DNA of 60,581 nucleotides, counting the filler, from Sphacelaria rigidula (lineage: Eukaryota): assembly GCA_964200075.2 (NCBI GenBank). It is 8 parts of 8 records of this genome, joined end to end, with 100 filler letters (N's around TTAATTAATTAA, not from the genome) between each part and the next. Parts side by side here need not be neighbours in the genome. Positions count along the whole stretch, not along the records: positions 7,588 to 15,073 come from CAXNAA020014704.1; positions 15,174 to 22,658 come from CAXNAA020014705.1; positions 22,759 to 30,243 come from CAXNAA020014706.1; 5 more parts are not named here. One strand, 5' to 3'. Below are positions 13,222-25,571 of the stretch, piece by piece; positions within the stretch are counted from its first letter, which is position 1, and each line of letters begins with the position of its first letter. A program made the translations under genes and the position numbers. The notes below the pieces were generated by a model. The model had not been told where the DNA came from. It saw only the letters and a program-made list of their open reading frames with translations, and did not search any database.

Positions 13222-14970
13222 GTGAGTATACATGTTTGTATCTTTATTTCTGTTGTGATTGATTGTCGCACCTCAGCTGATCCCCGAGCGATCAGCCGTG
13301 GTCGCATGATGGACGTACCTGGGATGAACCCAAATGGGAACATTCGCTGGAGGAAAGTAGAGAAAACAGAAAGGTGGAACAGATACAACGAGTGAAAAGT
13401 TCGTATTGCCTTTATTCTTGTATTTCACTCGACCGATGTGTGCTGCTCTCTGATGGTCTTTCGTAGATTCACTGCATGTTTTCCCGAAAATATACCGTAT
13501 GTACGGTAGAGTTGCTGCGATAGCAGTGTAGAGATAGTACAATAGGAAGTACAGCTGAGACAGGGCAACATGCGTGCAAGGTCAAAACACGCTCGAGGTG
13601 TGCTAGCCCTGGCCCGAGAATAGACTGTGTTCAGGGGATATAAGATAACAATGATACGCTGACCGATTCATCTCGTTTTGAAGACGCGAATTGTGTTCGG
13701 GAGTGGGCGTGGTCTGTGAGCGGTCGAGAGAGATGGCGGCGCCTCCGACGGTCGAAGGGTCCACTGAGACGTCGAGAGAGAGAGAGCGCATCAGAGCGCA
13801 AGGCCACAACACCATGAAGAACACAGTTGGAAAACAGATGTACTCTAAAGCCAAGCAAAAAGGCAACGCATCGTAAGGTCACACAAAATATCTGTGGATA
13901 TGTCGTTGTTGTCAGGGCTTTTGGTACCCCGCGCCACCGCCCAACTTGAGCGATTCCAAGGCAACAGATAATGTGCACTGTTCGGAGGTGAATGTTCCTT
14001 CTGTAGATGGTTATGTGAGTTGAGGAAATAATGGAACCCTAGAAAGAGGATCAGTCGTTGTATATGTGCTGGCGATTGCATGGGCGGCGCTGTTCGATTG
14101 TTTGAGGTCATGATAGAATTGCACAAAATACACACACCATTACCCCCTCCAACATCGTCGGCGAGAAGACCCCGCAGAAAGATATAGAACCGAACGGTAA
14201 TGAATCGTTGCTGAGTTCCCTGATACCCTGTCGTGTTCTACACTGACGTGTGTACCGTAATACTACTGCTCTGCACTTTATTCGCCACACCTCTGAATCT
14301 CGCGGCATTTCTTGGCATTTGGGCGTTTGTTTGAACATGGTACAGCACTGCAAAGTCGTGTTTTGCACTTGCGTGTATACTGTTGCACTTACTGTACTGC
14401 ATTCATTTCTGCTGTACGACTCCCGTACTGTGCCCGAGAGGAAAATGGCCAAGGGTCGCTCGGTGCGCTCGGATATCGGTGTGTATATATTTTTTTGCTG
14501 GCGCTTGTGTTGTGTTTATTACATGGGATATTTTGACGACGTCATGATGGAAAGTGCCAGCCAGCAGCAGTTCATCCAACGGTAGTGGTATATTGGCTCA
14601 TATTATGCCTATCGGTTATCAGTACAGCTAAGCGATCGAAGATCTAGTGTACTGTAGGGAAATCCCCCTGCTCTTGGAGTTATGAACATCCCGGGTGAAT
14701 GCTGAGCCGCATGGCCGCAAGCGGAAGAGTCTCTTTGCCTGAACGATGATATTTTTGCAACATACGCACCCCAAAACAACATACGAAGGCTTGCGGCTGA
14801 CGATCGCCCAACAAGAGTGATCTTAGCCAAGGCAGAGTAATTGTCAGCGCGGTATCTTTTGCTATATCGCGGCTCGTATGACATGCACTTCAATGATCAG
14901 AAACCCAAAATGAACAACGATCTGATGTTCTCGTAGGAAATCCACCGATTATGGTGGTGTATATCGCCGC

Positions 14971-15050
14971 GCCCCGGTGGTGTAATGGTTCGACTGTCGC
15001 CATCAGGGTGGAGAGAACGGGGGTTCGATTCTCGATGCGTTGGGTTTTTT
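14971..15050 (+). pseudogene. tRNA-derived Pol III-type unit (SINE head or tRNA pseudogene)
   Basis: A box TGGTGTAATGG, B box GGTTCGATTCT and a following T-run. The acceptor stem does not pair. Confidence 0.55.
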
Positions 15051-17062
15051 CTTCGTAATGTATGATTTCCACCNNNNNNNNNNNNNNNNNNNNNNNNNNN
15101 NNNNNNNNNNNNNNNNNTTAATTAATTAANNNNNNNNNNNNNNNNNNNNNNNNNNNNNNNNNNNNNNNNNNNNAATCGCAGTGCTACATGAATTTGAAGA
15201 CGCTCGCTGATTCGCCGATAACAACGATGTGTCATAGTAGGCACAACTCGCGGTACATCGTAAGTGAGAACGGACTGAAGGAAAGTGAGCTTCTTGGGCG
15301 GCCCAGCTAGTACGTCAAGCCATTCACGTGATAAGTGGCTCCACAGGAGTATACTCAGTCCAAGAATTTTGGTTTCTCAGCCACGCTTGTCCCTAGAACC
15401 AAGCCTCTGTGCCCCCAAAACATTCCTGATGATCGGCATATTTCAACAAAGTTCGAAGACGTTACGACATGTTCAATAGCCGTTACGATGCTTGAGAAAA
15501 CCAAGGCTGATCTATATGATTCACGGGGGGTGAGGCACCACACCGTGTTGGTGTCTGTAGGGAGTGCTTGTTTGCGGAGTAACTCGTCACGGGCAGGACT
15601 TCAAAAGACAACACGATGCGCTACTGTCTGTGCTTACGGACAAGAACGGCGTGTGTGTCGAGTATGCCAGAACACCGCTCTGGGTTTCATCGAGACAACA
15701 CGCAACGGGCAACAGCTGCAATCTTGTTGTCGAGCCCTTGTGATCTTGACAGATTTAGAAAACGGCCTGCGGAGCATGGTCTTCCTGTGTCTCGCCTGGT
15801 GGACTCATGCATGACCAAGTGTGCAGCTGCATTTGATGCAAAGAGGGTCAAATCACCACGACGAAGAAATCAAGTGAGCAAACACCAACCACCCCGAGAC
15901 AATCAGATGAAATCTTTGCACGCCAAGCCCGAACGGTAGAACAGCGCAGTACACCAGCACTACAAGGCAGTACAGAGTGCAGTGTACAGAGTGCAGTGTA
16001 GAGAAGGCTACCGAGAGGACAGTACGAGAGGCGAGGGGCCCAATATCGGGAAATGGCTGCACCACCGCCTACACTAACTCCAACGTGAGATCACCTGCGG
16101 TGCAGTGCAGAAACTACTATCGGCGTCATCCAGCGATCAGGGCGTACCCCCCTCCCCCCATGTAATCGCCCCCCTTCCCCCCTCCTTCAACCCCAAAACG
16201 AGGTTTTTGCGGCCTGCGGGGCGATGGTGAAGCCATTTTCCGATATGGGGTCCCCTTCAAGAGTATAGTATCGTACATGCAACTGCGTGATAACATGACC
16301 TCACCGCGGCTGTACAGGATGAGCGCAGAAAGTATGAGCCGGTCTACCTGGCAACACTATGGCTGACACCCAGAGCAGCGGAAAATCCTTACTCGTCAGT
16401 CGCTCCTCTCCCTCACGTATCTTCTATCCACAAGTACCGCGCTCCACGAGTGCTTCCCCAGTACACGCCACCCCATCACTGTTACCGCTGCTCGTAAAGT
16501 AGCCACAGTAGTTCAAGCATCAGCCCTATCTGTCCCGCCTGTGGTTGCAGTATCATTAGCACCGCACAGGATTTTTCATCCATCTTTTCATGCTGATACG
16601 ATATAATGAATACAATAGTGTGTTTTTTCGCTTTAGCAAATACTATCCGTCAAGCGTGAGCATCCCTGCATTGATGTCTCCCTCATCAAATTAGTAATCA
16701 GCGTGTACACAGGGTTGCTAATCTTGAATCTTGTTTAGACAGGTGTAAAGGCTTTTTGAAATAGGCCATCTGGATAAAGGCAGAGGGAAACGATATATTT
16801 GCTATAATTATTAGCGTGGGACGGTTACACCAGCCAGTCACTGTCGTAGAAGTCCTTCGTTCGCGGATACAGAGGCAGGGGAGACGACTTGAAGGTCTTC
16901 TGCGTAGGAAAAGAGGGGTGATCACGACCGTAACGCTGTACTATACTGTATGCGGTAGTCCAAAACACAGGATCCAAGTTGGGTTGTGCATTACTTCCAA
17001 CCTACTGTTGTGCTAGTACTCGTAGCGACTTCGCTACAACACCATTCATTCGTTCGTTCAAG

Positions 17063-17167
17063 GCGGGAAGGAGAGCAGACAAGACGATTTGCACTAGGGT
17101 TGCGGGCTGGAAAGCTCAGCTACCCTGGTGTGAACGCACAGCAGAAGAGAGGATCGATCATCCGCAG
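17063..17167 (+). CDS. Candidate isolated exon (AGRRADKTICTRVAGWKAQLPWCERTAEERIDHPQ)
   Basis: Acceptor ttcaag|, strong donor CAG|gtaaga, 105 nt open frame. Product not recognised. Confidence 0.4.
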
Positions 17168-17481
17168 GTAAGAGGGGGTACACTCTGTGCTGTTTCGTCG
17201 TGTTAGCGACGCCGTCCGATCTTGTGTATTCGCGAGTCAACGCACAAGGAGCACAGAGATGGCTTGAATGTCACCATCAGTAACAACACTACTGTTGCAG
17301 TAATTGCCGCTGTCGCTGTGGACCGTTTGGATCCTGCCTGTCATAGTGTGCGTGCAGCCACGGTCAAAGATACGAAGGTAGCACCATCGGCCCTCTCCTG
17401 ACCAGAGCCACAGAGGCGGGCGATTCATGGCCGGATTCACCGAGGGCATTGCGATCAGTTGTCTCATGACTAGAGGGCTGC

Positions 17482-17489
17482 GTGTGAGT

Positions 17490-17538
<49 letters not shown>

Positions 17539-17790
17539 GTCGTCCCATCTATTCTGGACGCCGGTCTACACCTTTCGGTGTATGTGGGCGCATCAGCGGG
17601 GTCACACAGGAGGAAGGTCAACACAGGAGCTTTTTATTTTTTATTCGTGTTTCGTACCCCACCTTCCTTCTGCGGTGCTTGCCTGTTATCTTTTACCGCG
17701 AGGGGGGTTCAGCTCTCCCTTTCCCTTGTCGACCGTCAAGTCGAATTTTCTGTACCCATGATATGATCGCTCTCCACTGTTGGGTGTGGA
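17482..17790 (-). mobile_element. 5'-truncated SINE family A with tail expanded into a (TG)n/(CA)n microsatellite (17482-17537)
   Basis: Body matches 35806-36173. The microsatellite sits where other copies have an (ACACA)n tail. Confidence 0.8.
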
Positions 17791-18241
17791 ACATCAATGC
17801 AATGCACCCCTTACGATCCTCGATTTCACAAAACTTACACGTGTCGTGTTCATTTGAGGTCACTACCGGCGGCGATACACAACACCAGTGCATAACACGT
17901 GCTGGGTTGATCAGGCTTGCGATTGCTGTCGCTCGCATGCAGCGTCTCCGACCGCAATAGACGCTCGCCGCCTGATGAGATGCAGAATCTACCCAGAGAC
18001 CTCGGACCATTACCACAACAAGCTATTAGCGTACGCGTATCGCAATCTTAGATGGACGATGCAACGTATTTTTGTCCGATCGATCAACCACGGGTCGGTC
18101 AGGATCGGATACTGAAAACCTCCACCCCCCACCAACCCATTTTTGATAGGAATAAAACGCAAAATGCGCCTTTTTCTTTTCTTTCTTATTTCCCATGTCG
18201 CCACGTTTAGCCCCGTTGGGTGCGGGGTACATTTTACACGT

Positions 18242-18547
18242 AACAATACTTTCGTGATATTGAGCCTAGAGGGTACGATTAAGAGCGTGAAGCGATCGAG
18301 CAATGGCCGTACTGTTTCAGTTCCGAAATGCCCCTCCACGAGGTCCAAAACGCTTTCTGTAGTGTGGCTTGCCACTGAAACCCTTGATATCCCTGAGTAG
18401 GATATCGACGTGTAGCTGGAAGCACACGCCAGTGTCATGGGCAAAGAAAACACACACACAGAATAAAAAAATGGTCAACTTGAAGCGAATGATGAGCCAC
18501 ATTCGCAATGAACGCTATAATACTCTCAATCTCACGAAAGCGTTGTT
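18242..18547. mobile_element. ~300-bp MITE with ~25-30-bp TIRs. Second copy at 25272-25571
   Basis: aacaatactttcgtgatattgag ... ctcaatctcacgaaagcgttgtt. Internal gtttcagttccgaaatg and gatatccctgagtaggatat are shared by both copies. Confidence 0.8.
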
Positions 18548-18559
18548 TTGTGTCAATTG

Positions 18560-18990
18560 CACAGGCATCGTAGGTAAGGTAGGTACCCGGTACCGGTATT
18601 TGGGACATTTCATACGCTGCCGATATCGGTCCGATTGGGTATTTTCAAATGCCATACCTACGATACCCACGATACCACGGTATCTCGATACGTCGATGAC
18701 TACCGTACCCGCTCGATCGGGTGTTCTCAAAACTCGTACCTACGATGCCTACGATACATACGATACCTACGATACCACGGTATTTCGAAGTTTCGATATA
18801 CCTACCGTGCCCACTCCATTAGGTATTTTCACGACTCATATCTACGATACCCACGATCCCGTGGTATTTCGAGGTACCAGCACCTACCGTACCCGCTCAA
18901 TCGGGTATTTTCAAAACTCATACCTACGATGCCTACGATGCCTACGATGCCTACGATACCACGGCATTTCGAAGTTTCAATACCTATGGC
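18560..18990. repeat. Compound tandem repeat (~85-95-bp units built from tacctacga/tacgata motifs). Related unit at 20430-20545
   Basis: Recurrent taccgtacccgctc..tcgggtattttcaaaactcatacctacgat..cgataccacggtatttcga. Probably the subterminal repeats of a non-autonomous DNA transposon. Confidence 0.75.
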
Positions 18991-19107
18991 AGCGACAGTG
19001 ATTTTTTAACGTGTTTTGGCGATGCTGTGGGTAATTCGAATAGTTGGGCGCTGAAACTTCGTCAGGATCTTTTTATCATCACTACGCACAACAGTTCTAG
19101 AGGGTTC

Positions 19108-19675
19108 GATTTGATTGATTGATTGTCGCACTCTAACTGACCCCCCAGGGGTTCAGCCGTGGTCTCATGATAGACGTACCCAAGAAAAACGAAACTGAAA
19201 ACACGCTCCTAAGGAAAACAAAAAAAAAGGAAACAGGAAACAGGAAACAGGAAACAGGAAACAGGAAAATAACAGGAACAGAGGAAAAAAGAAAAGAAAG
19301 AGGGGTCGAACAGAACGACATAGCAGACTAAGTCGTGACAAAAAAGTCAGAGAAAGTCAACATGAGCAAAGCACAGAGAGAAATGGCGGACCTAAAACAA
19401 GAAGAACGGAAGCAAGAGGAAAGTCCAAAGCAGATAAAATAAAATACAATAAAACGATGGGGAGAAAAAAGAAAAAGGCCTGAGGGATTCAGGGCAGCAG
19501 AGTAGATACAGACACACACCAGTGGGTACCGCAGAGCCACCGACTAAGGACATAATCAACAACCGATATGAGAGGACAGGATTTTCCGATTGGCAGCCCT
19601 CGACGCAGCAGCCTCTCGCTTGTGACGGCGGTCTGATTCTCGCTTGTCCGCGCGTCGCCACGTGTTCTCAAACGA
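19108..19675 (-). mobile_element. Family L-A copy containing a (GGAAACA)n array
   Basis: Matches 6003-6670. Heptamer array at about 19229-19280. Confidence 0.7.
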
Positions 19676-19873
19676 GGTGCATTGAAACAAAACAAAAAAA
19701 CAGGAAGTTAGAGCGATTTAAAGTTTCTGCAAAAACTATAAAAATGCCGTAACGCCGTGGAAACAAAAAAGAATACGGATGCACCTCCAGAAATGTTGTG
19801 CGTAGTGATGATGAAACAATTCTGTCAAATTTCAGCGCCTAACTCTCCGAATTACCCACAGCATCAATTTTTT

Positions 19874-19955
19874 CGTGTGGCACCCGGTGGTCACACTGGC
19901 AAAACCGCCTCTCATTACAGACGTCCCGAGTTCGAATCCCGACACGACCATTTTT
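19874..19955 (+). pseudogene. tRNA-like Pol III unit ending in CCA plus T5
   Basis: A box TGGTCACACTGG, B box GAGTTCGAATCC, 3' end ACACGACCA-TTTTT. No regular anticodon arm. Confidence 0.5.
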
Positions 19956-20974
19956 GTTTTGCGCATAATCTGGCATAGCGCTTTGCACCCGGGTGGTATA
20001 TAGCGCGGTTTGAGGTAGTACTTCTGCCTCTTATGGTGGTAAATGACCGTCGGCTCGGAGGTTCCCTCCCATAATGAAGCTGTTGACAACCTCGATGCCA
20101 TCTTGCAGCTTTACTCGTACCAGTGTGCTTTCGCCTGCTCATGTCGAGTCAACGCGTGCCTGTGCGGCGCAATTGCCTACCGTAAATCCACGGTATTTTG
20201 TGAAACGAAACATCATCAGACACGCTATCACACAACGACAAGAGACGTTCCCGGTACTCAATGCAGTACAATAACATCATCGCCAAAACTTTGCCAATCG
20301 ACCAGCGGTGGTGTCGTGCATTGCCAGGTTGGTCTGCAGTTCACAGCGGTATGCTCGAGTCGAGCTGATTTGATAAACTTGACGAGTTAGAGTTGGACAT
20401 GCAAATGCGGGATGTACTGCTGGCCCAGCTCGTGCCGTACCCGCTCAAGTGGGTATTTCTAAATGTCATACCTACGATACTCACGCATACCATGGTATGG
20501 GATACCCCGGTAAATACCGGGGATAAGCTCGGTACGGTACCTTTTCTACGGTTGCCGTGGTGAATAGAACCTTCGCGTTTCAACTAAACATGTGCGGGAG
20601 CTAATAAAAAAAAGTGCATGTGTTGTGGCGACGTAGATGAGCGGGGGGAGAAGCGCGTTCATTTACTATAAACGTTCGAAGAGCACGGTCCGGCTCATGC
20701 ATGAAATTTGTATGGCCTCTGAATGCTACCCCTTTTGCACTACCTTCCTGGCCGTGAACGCGTTAGCAGCAGAAACGTACAGTTTGCGCCGGATACGTCA
20801 AGAATACGTGACAGTATTCAAGCCACGATCGCTGCTGAAGAACATCGCGGCTGACTGCGGGATAGAAGTGTCTGACCTGGTCGAAGGCCACGGACGAAGA
20901 CCATATTCCCAGTCGATCATATCATGTGGACCGTACAAGCATTGGTGAAACGTTTCACACGTCGGACGAGCAAG

Positions 20975-21625
20975 GGTATGACTCGTGCCACTCGCCCTCA
21001 TTGGGGTGCTCGTTGGCTATAGAAATTAATAGGGCGAGTACTCGAGTCATTGCTCGTTGTGGAAAAAATCAATAGGGCGAGTACTGGAGTCATTACTCGT
21101 GGTGGAGAAGCCTACGACTCGAGCACACGAGTCATTGTTCGTGATGAACGACTTGTGTGCAGGGATCAGCAGTTCGACGAGAAAATGTTTATAACGAGCT
21201 CTTCGACGATCTTAAACCTAGAATCTTCAAGTTCATATGCATATCTGCAGATGTACAACGGTAAGCTCCAGAGCTCTATTTCTTTTTATGCAAGCACCTC
21301 CCCCCGTACACAGAGAGAGAGAGATCAGAGTTCTACTAAAGCGGCGGAGAGTACCCACCGAGTAATACATATATAGGGCGAGCACTCGAGTCACTGCTCT
21401 TTGTGGCAGAGTGAATGACTCGAGCATACGAATCATTGCTTGTTGTGAAAAAAAGTTACGACTCGAGCACACGAATCTGTGCTCGTTGTAGAAAAACAAA
21501 ATGACTCGAGCACACGAGTCATTGCTCGCCATGAAGACAAATATTGACTCGAGCACATGAGTCATGCTCCTCGTGTCCTCAAAAAACATCCACGAGTGCA
21601 CTCGTTTCGACGAGTAATGACTCAA
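20975..21625. repeat. ~43-bp-period minisatellite with internal hairpin ATGACTCG-N6-CGAGTCAT, in two blocks
   Basis: Units start near 21029, 21072, 21114, 21373, 21415, 21458, 21501 and 21544. The inter-hairpin parts are homologous to each other. Confidence 0.85.
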
Positions 21626-22140
21626 ACATTTTGCTCCATAAGGTTTCGTCATGTATCGGGATGCTCAGTAGTAAGACTACTCAGCAAGCAGTACTCTGGT
21701 TCGAATGTGTTGAGGCACACCCTGGATGGCGTTTTTTGTTTTTACGATAACATTTGTCGAACACGCGAGTCATGCCCTCTGCAACACGGGCTAGTTGGAC
21801 CCGGACCCTCGCAGTCCTCCTAGTTGTTCTGATGTCACCGAATCTCGCCTGAATCATGTTTTTGTCTCCAGCATGCCGTACATTCTTTTAACAAGACGTC
21901 GTTTACTGCTCACGCTCGATCTCAGCTGTCCCGTACCGCACCGGATCATCTTCAGGAAGCGAACAGTTTACCCAGTGAACCAGAGAGCGCTCTCTGATGC
22001 AATGGGTAAACTGTTCGCTTCCCGGACAAAATATATGGTATGTGGTCCGTCCCGGCGTGACACTTCAGAGATCTCCGGGGCTCCCAGCCCCCTGCAAGCC
22101 TCACTGTTCACATGTCAAACTTTCCTTCCACGGTCGATCA

Positions 22141-22200
22141 TGCCGGGGCTCGAACCGCAAATCTTTTGTTCAGAACAGCTTACCCATTAAACCAGTGAGC
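22141..22200 (-). pseudogene. Short tRNA-derived Pol III-type unit
   Basis: On the minus strand, A box TGGTTTAATGG and B box GGTTCGAGCCC. Confidence 0.4.
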
Positions 22201-22370
22201 GCTCACTACTTCGATGGATACGCTGTTAGGTTCCTGGGCATACTGTATCATACCACACTGGCTCTACTTGACTAACGCCATCGGCATGTGATAACCTCCC
22301 CGTCTTGCGCCCCGTCCGTCGTACGCTGGAATATCTCTTCATAGGGGACGTCTGCCTTGAGGCGGACGCG

Positions 22371-22477
22371 ATGAAGTCTGTCCATGTGTTGCTCGTCGCC
22401 GTGTTGGCTTTCGCGTGCGGTTCGGGAGTCCGCACCGAAGCTAGGATTGGCGTCAGCGTGCCTGGGGTGCAAGCGGG
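22371..22477 (+). CDS. Candidate first exon of a secreted or membrane protein (MKSVHVLLVAVLAFACGSGVRTEARIGVSVPGVQAG)
   Basis: ATG followed by a basic-hydrophobic-small-residue signal peptide pattern and a consensus donor GG|gtaagt. Too short for the ORF track. The rest would lie beyond the contig end. Confidence 0.6.
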
Positions 22478-22899
22478 GTAAGTGGGTCGCTCGAGTTCGT
22501 GGTCTCGCCTTGCTCGGGCGTCAGCAGATGATGTGTAGCTTGAGCGGCGTGCATCGCACGATCAATGACACATGTTTACGTCGCTATATGCTATCGACTG
22601 CGCCCCGTGAGATTTCTAGTGGACTGGCGGCGACGAAACAACATCCACACTACAGTATNNNNNNNNNNNNNNNNNNNNNNNNNNNNNNNNNNNNNNNNNN
22701 NNTTAATTAATTAANNNNNNNNNNNNNNNNNNNNNNNNNNNNNNNNNNNNNNNNNNNNGTACCCTATCACATAATCATCATCCAGCATCCTACATGATAA
22801 ACGCAATGGCTTGGCACCATTTTGGGCTACAAGCCACGGTAGGTGTATCTGACCTTACACTGGAGGGCGAAAGTACAGTACTTGAGGGAGTCGAAAGTA

Positions 22900-25260
22900 C
22901 AGTACTTGAGGGATCAGACTCACTAGCATTGTAGGGGGGAAGACGCGTCGCTACCTCTGATCAAATTCGCGATTTGCGGTCGAATCGTAATCTGCGATTG
23001 AACAAATAATGTATTCCAGTCGAATTCAAAACGATATCATGTCGCTCCCGCATGTGATGAAGAGAGAAAATATTTAAGTTGATACCGTCTACGACGTAGA
23101 CATCGGTCAACTGTATTGAGAAGTCACTCGGCGGGACTGAAACATCCAAAGATCCCATGTGAAATGTCAAGTTTAAGCTACCTACTACCTTCATAGGGAG
23201 TCTGGTCCCGTCACCCATCTCGAAATGTTCCATGCCCTGAAGAGGGGGTCGTCAATGAAAACGCCATCTACACTACCCGTAACATGGTACCTAGTGCCGG
23301 TATCTGCGAGCCATTCCTTTGCATGATCATCTTCACCAGATGCAGTATCATCACCTAGCACATTATACCTACGTGAATCGTGATCACCAAGCCGAAAACG
23401 AGACTCGCCTGCGAGCATGAAACGCGCCATTATTAGTAGTCGTGCATGTTCCACAGTGTGCGTATCGGGAGGCGGAGCAGACGTAGCTGGGGGGGCTGCC
23501 GGCTGCTGATGCTGCTGCTGCTGGTCGTGAGGTGGAGCTGCGGTTTGGTATTGTTGTTGATGATGGCTGTTGTCCGGGTTAGGATAGTAGTAAGAGTGAT
23601 GCTGCTGACCCGGCGGGTGATACAGTCGGGAATGTTGCTGTTGGTGGGGGATGTTGATATTGGGGCAGTGTTCGATGTGACGATGGCTCATGACTCTGCA
23701 CGTAGTGGGCATATCCAGCACCGTTGACACCGTCCCTGCCCGGTGGGGTGGGGTCTTCGTCAGTAATCGGGGGCTCACTCCACTGTACAAGGTTTGCATG
23801 CGAGTGAGACTCCCTCGAATGTCGGGAGTCGTTGCGATGGTGAGGATATTTGATGTGATGGGAGTTGTTTGTGTGATAAGGGTTATTGGTGTGGTGGTAA
23901 CGTGGGGGTGGTTTCCCCCGTGATGCGGGGCACGCTGCTCCGGGTTAGTCTATCGATTGCCTTGTCGGCGATCAACATGACTCCGCCCGTCGCCTCGGGT
24001 GTGGTGATCAACACCTCGATCATTACATACATTGCAATTGCGAACATTGCATGATGAGGGTTAGGGGGCTGGATTGGGGTGGTTGTTGTGGGGCTCATGT
24101 GGAGATGGAAAATGTGATCGGGAATGAAGCCTTGGAGACTGTTCATGGTCAGGGTGCTGACGTGAGGTAGAATTCCCACTGCGGTCAGAGCCACACTCTC
24201 GCCAGTGGGGGTTTCGCCTGCCCCCACTGCTTCCGCGTCGCCTTCCTGATACGTCACTGCGAGATATATCTTGAGCTATGGCAGACAAGGCATGGTTATT
24301 CGGAGTGTCTACCCTACTCCTTGACGCTTCCAATTCAGCATGGGCAGTTGTCACCGTGCGGTGTAGGGTCTCTGTATCAATGTCTGACATGGCTAGGAGA
24401 ATTCCTCTCTGAATCTCGCACTCTGAAGACAGCCTACGTGCATAATGTCTGTTGGCATCAAACTCCGAAATTACGTAACCGAAGTGATGCCTTTTGTTGC
24501 GAATTAAGTTCGCCCTGCTCAGAAACACGGGAGGGCTTTCGCCCGGGGACATCTGTAGGCATGCCCACTTTTGCTCCAGACGGGCCTTTTCTGTGGTGGG
24601 GGATCTGGTGTAGTACTGGACGAAGTAGTCCCAAGACTCACTAGGTGACCCAAGCATCGCAAAATTCTCGATCATTCCGGGGGCTTTGATTTTCTCGAGT
24701 AGTATTTCGTGGGCCCGCTGAGCTTTCTCCACTACCCTGTACCCGTGCTGCGCTATCAATTCCTCTTCTGATCCATGAAAAACGCGAAAGGGGTCTTGAA
24801 CAAACAGAGCATCGTCACATTTCTCGGCACGAAAATATCCGATCATCTGCACTTGAAACACATGAAACTTCGACTCCGAAATTTCCCCTGCTTTTACTGA
24901 ACTGCCCCATGGGTGAATACCCGTATTGTTACGTACTCTTACAAAGTTCGATTGGACACGTTGTCCTCCCGTGAAGTTCTCGTTTCGGAACTCTTGGAAA
25001 AGACGTGGGTTGTTCTGCTGGTCGCGGTTTGCTGTACCCACCGTGGAATTACCTTGTGCGCCTGTGCCCAAGTGTATACTCCTATCTCTTTCGTAATCAA
25101 CAATAGCATCGCGTTTTGCGACCTCAACAAGCTCTGCCTGCTTTCCTTCCATCTCTGCTTGTTTTTCTTCCATGATACGCAGTTTTTCGGTCTGCTGTAC
25201 CTCCATAAGCCGAAGCTTTTCCGCCAACTCTTCCCTACTATACTTCTTCATGTTAGCCAC
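22900..25260 (-). mobile_element. Decayed Ty1/Copia LTR retrotransposon, gag-protease region
   Basis: ORF 24061-25260 has a Copia gag (UBN2-like) segment, ESWDYFVQYY...KARLEQKWACLQMSPGESPPVFLSRA. Protease motif WLADTGTRYHVTG (~23280-23315). Post-protease beta-barrel GDGTRLPMKVVGSLNL...LTDVYVVDGINLNIFSL (22961-23233). Frameshifted, with no IN or RT visible before the contig end. Confidence 0.85.
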
Positions 25261-25271
25261 TGACCGGCTTT

Positions 25272-25571
25272 AAACAATGTTTTCGTGAGATTGAGAGTAG
25301 AGGATACGATCGAGACTGAAAAGCACTCAATTAGTGACTGAATAGTTTCAGTTCCGAAATGCACCTCCGTGAGGCCCGATATGCTTTATTTTGTAGCTTG
25401 CCATTGAGGCCTGATATCCCTGAGTAGGATATTGACGTGTAGCTGTGAGCACACGCTAGTGATAGAGACAAAGAAAAGCAGACACGGAATGAAAAATTGG
25501 CTTACTTCAAGCGAATGAGCAAAGCCGCTCTCAATCAGCATTCTACCCTGAATCTCACGAAAACGTTGTTT
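25272..25571. mobile_element. MITE (same family as 18242-18547) just upstream of the Copia gag start
   Basis: TIRs aaacaatgttttcgtgagattgag / ctgaatctcacgaaacgttgttt. Confidence 0.8.

Noticed and set aside
13114..17167. Joining exon 13114-13221 to exon 17063-17167 as one TPR gene
   Set aside because: They are phase-compatible but lie on different unlinked contigs separated by the 15074-15173 linker.
17970..18000. Hammerhead ribozyme core (CTGATGAG)
   Set aside because: No stem II followed by GAAA and no flanking helices. The tandem repeat at 28648-29343 also lacks a hammerhead core.
18369..19001. 210-aa ORF and other long ORFs over repeats (17427-17960, 33293-33925, 56079-56732)
   Set aside because: They run through MITEs, tandem repeats or the antisense strand of pol, or show no recognisable domain.
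20975..21625. CRISPR-like array of hairpin repeats
   Set aside because: The 'spacers' are homologous to each other and only about 20 nt, no cas genes are present, and the context is eukaryotic. It is a minisatellite.
25272..25571. Copia 5' LTR
   Set aside because: It has ~25-30-bp inverted termini, no TG...CA ends or PBS, and an independent copy at 18242. It is a MITE. The true Copia LTR could not be defined.
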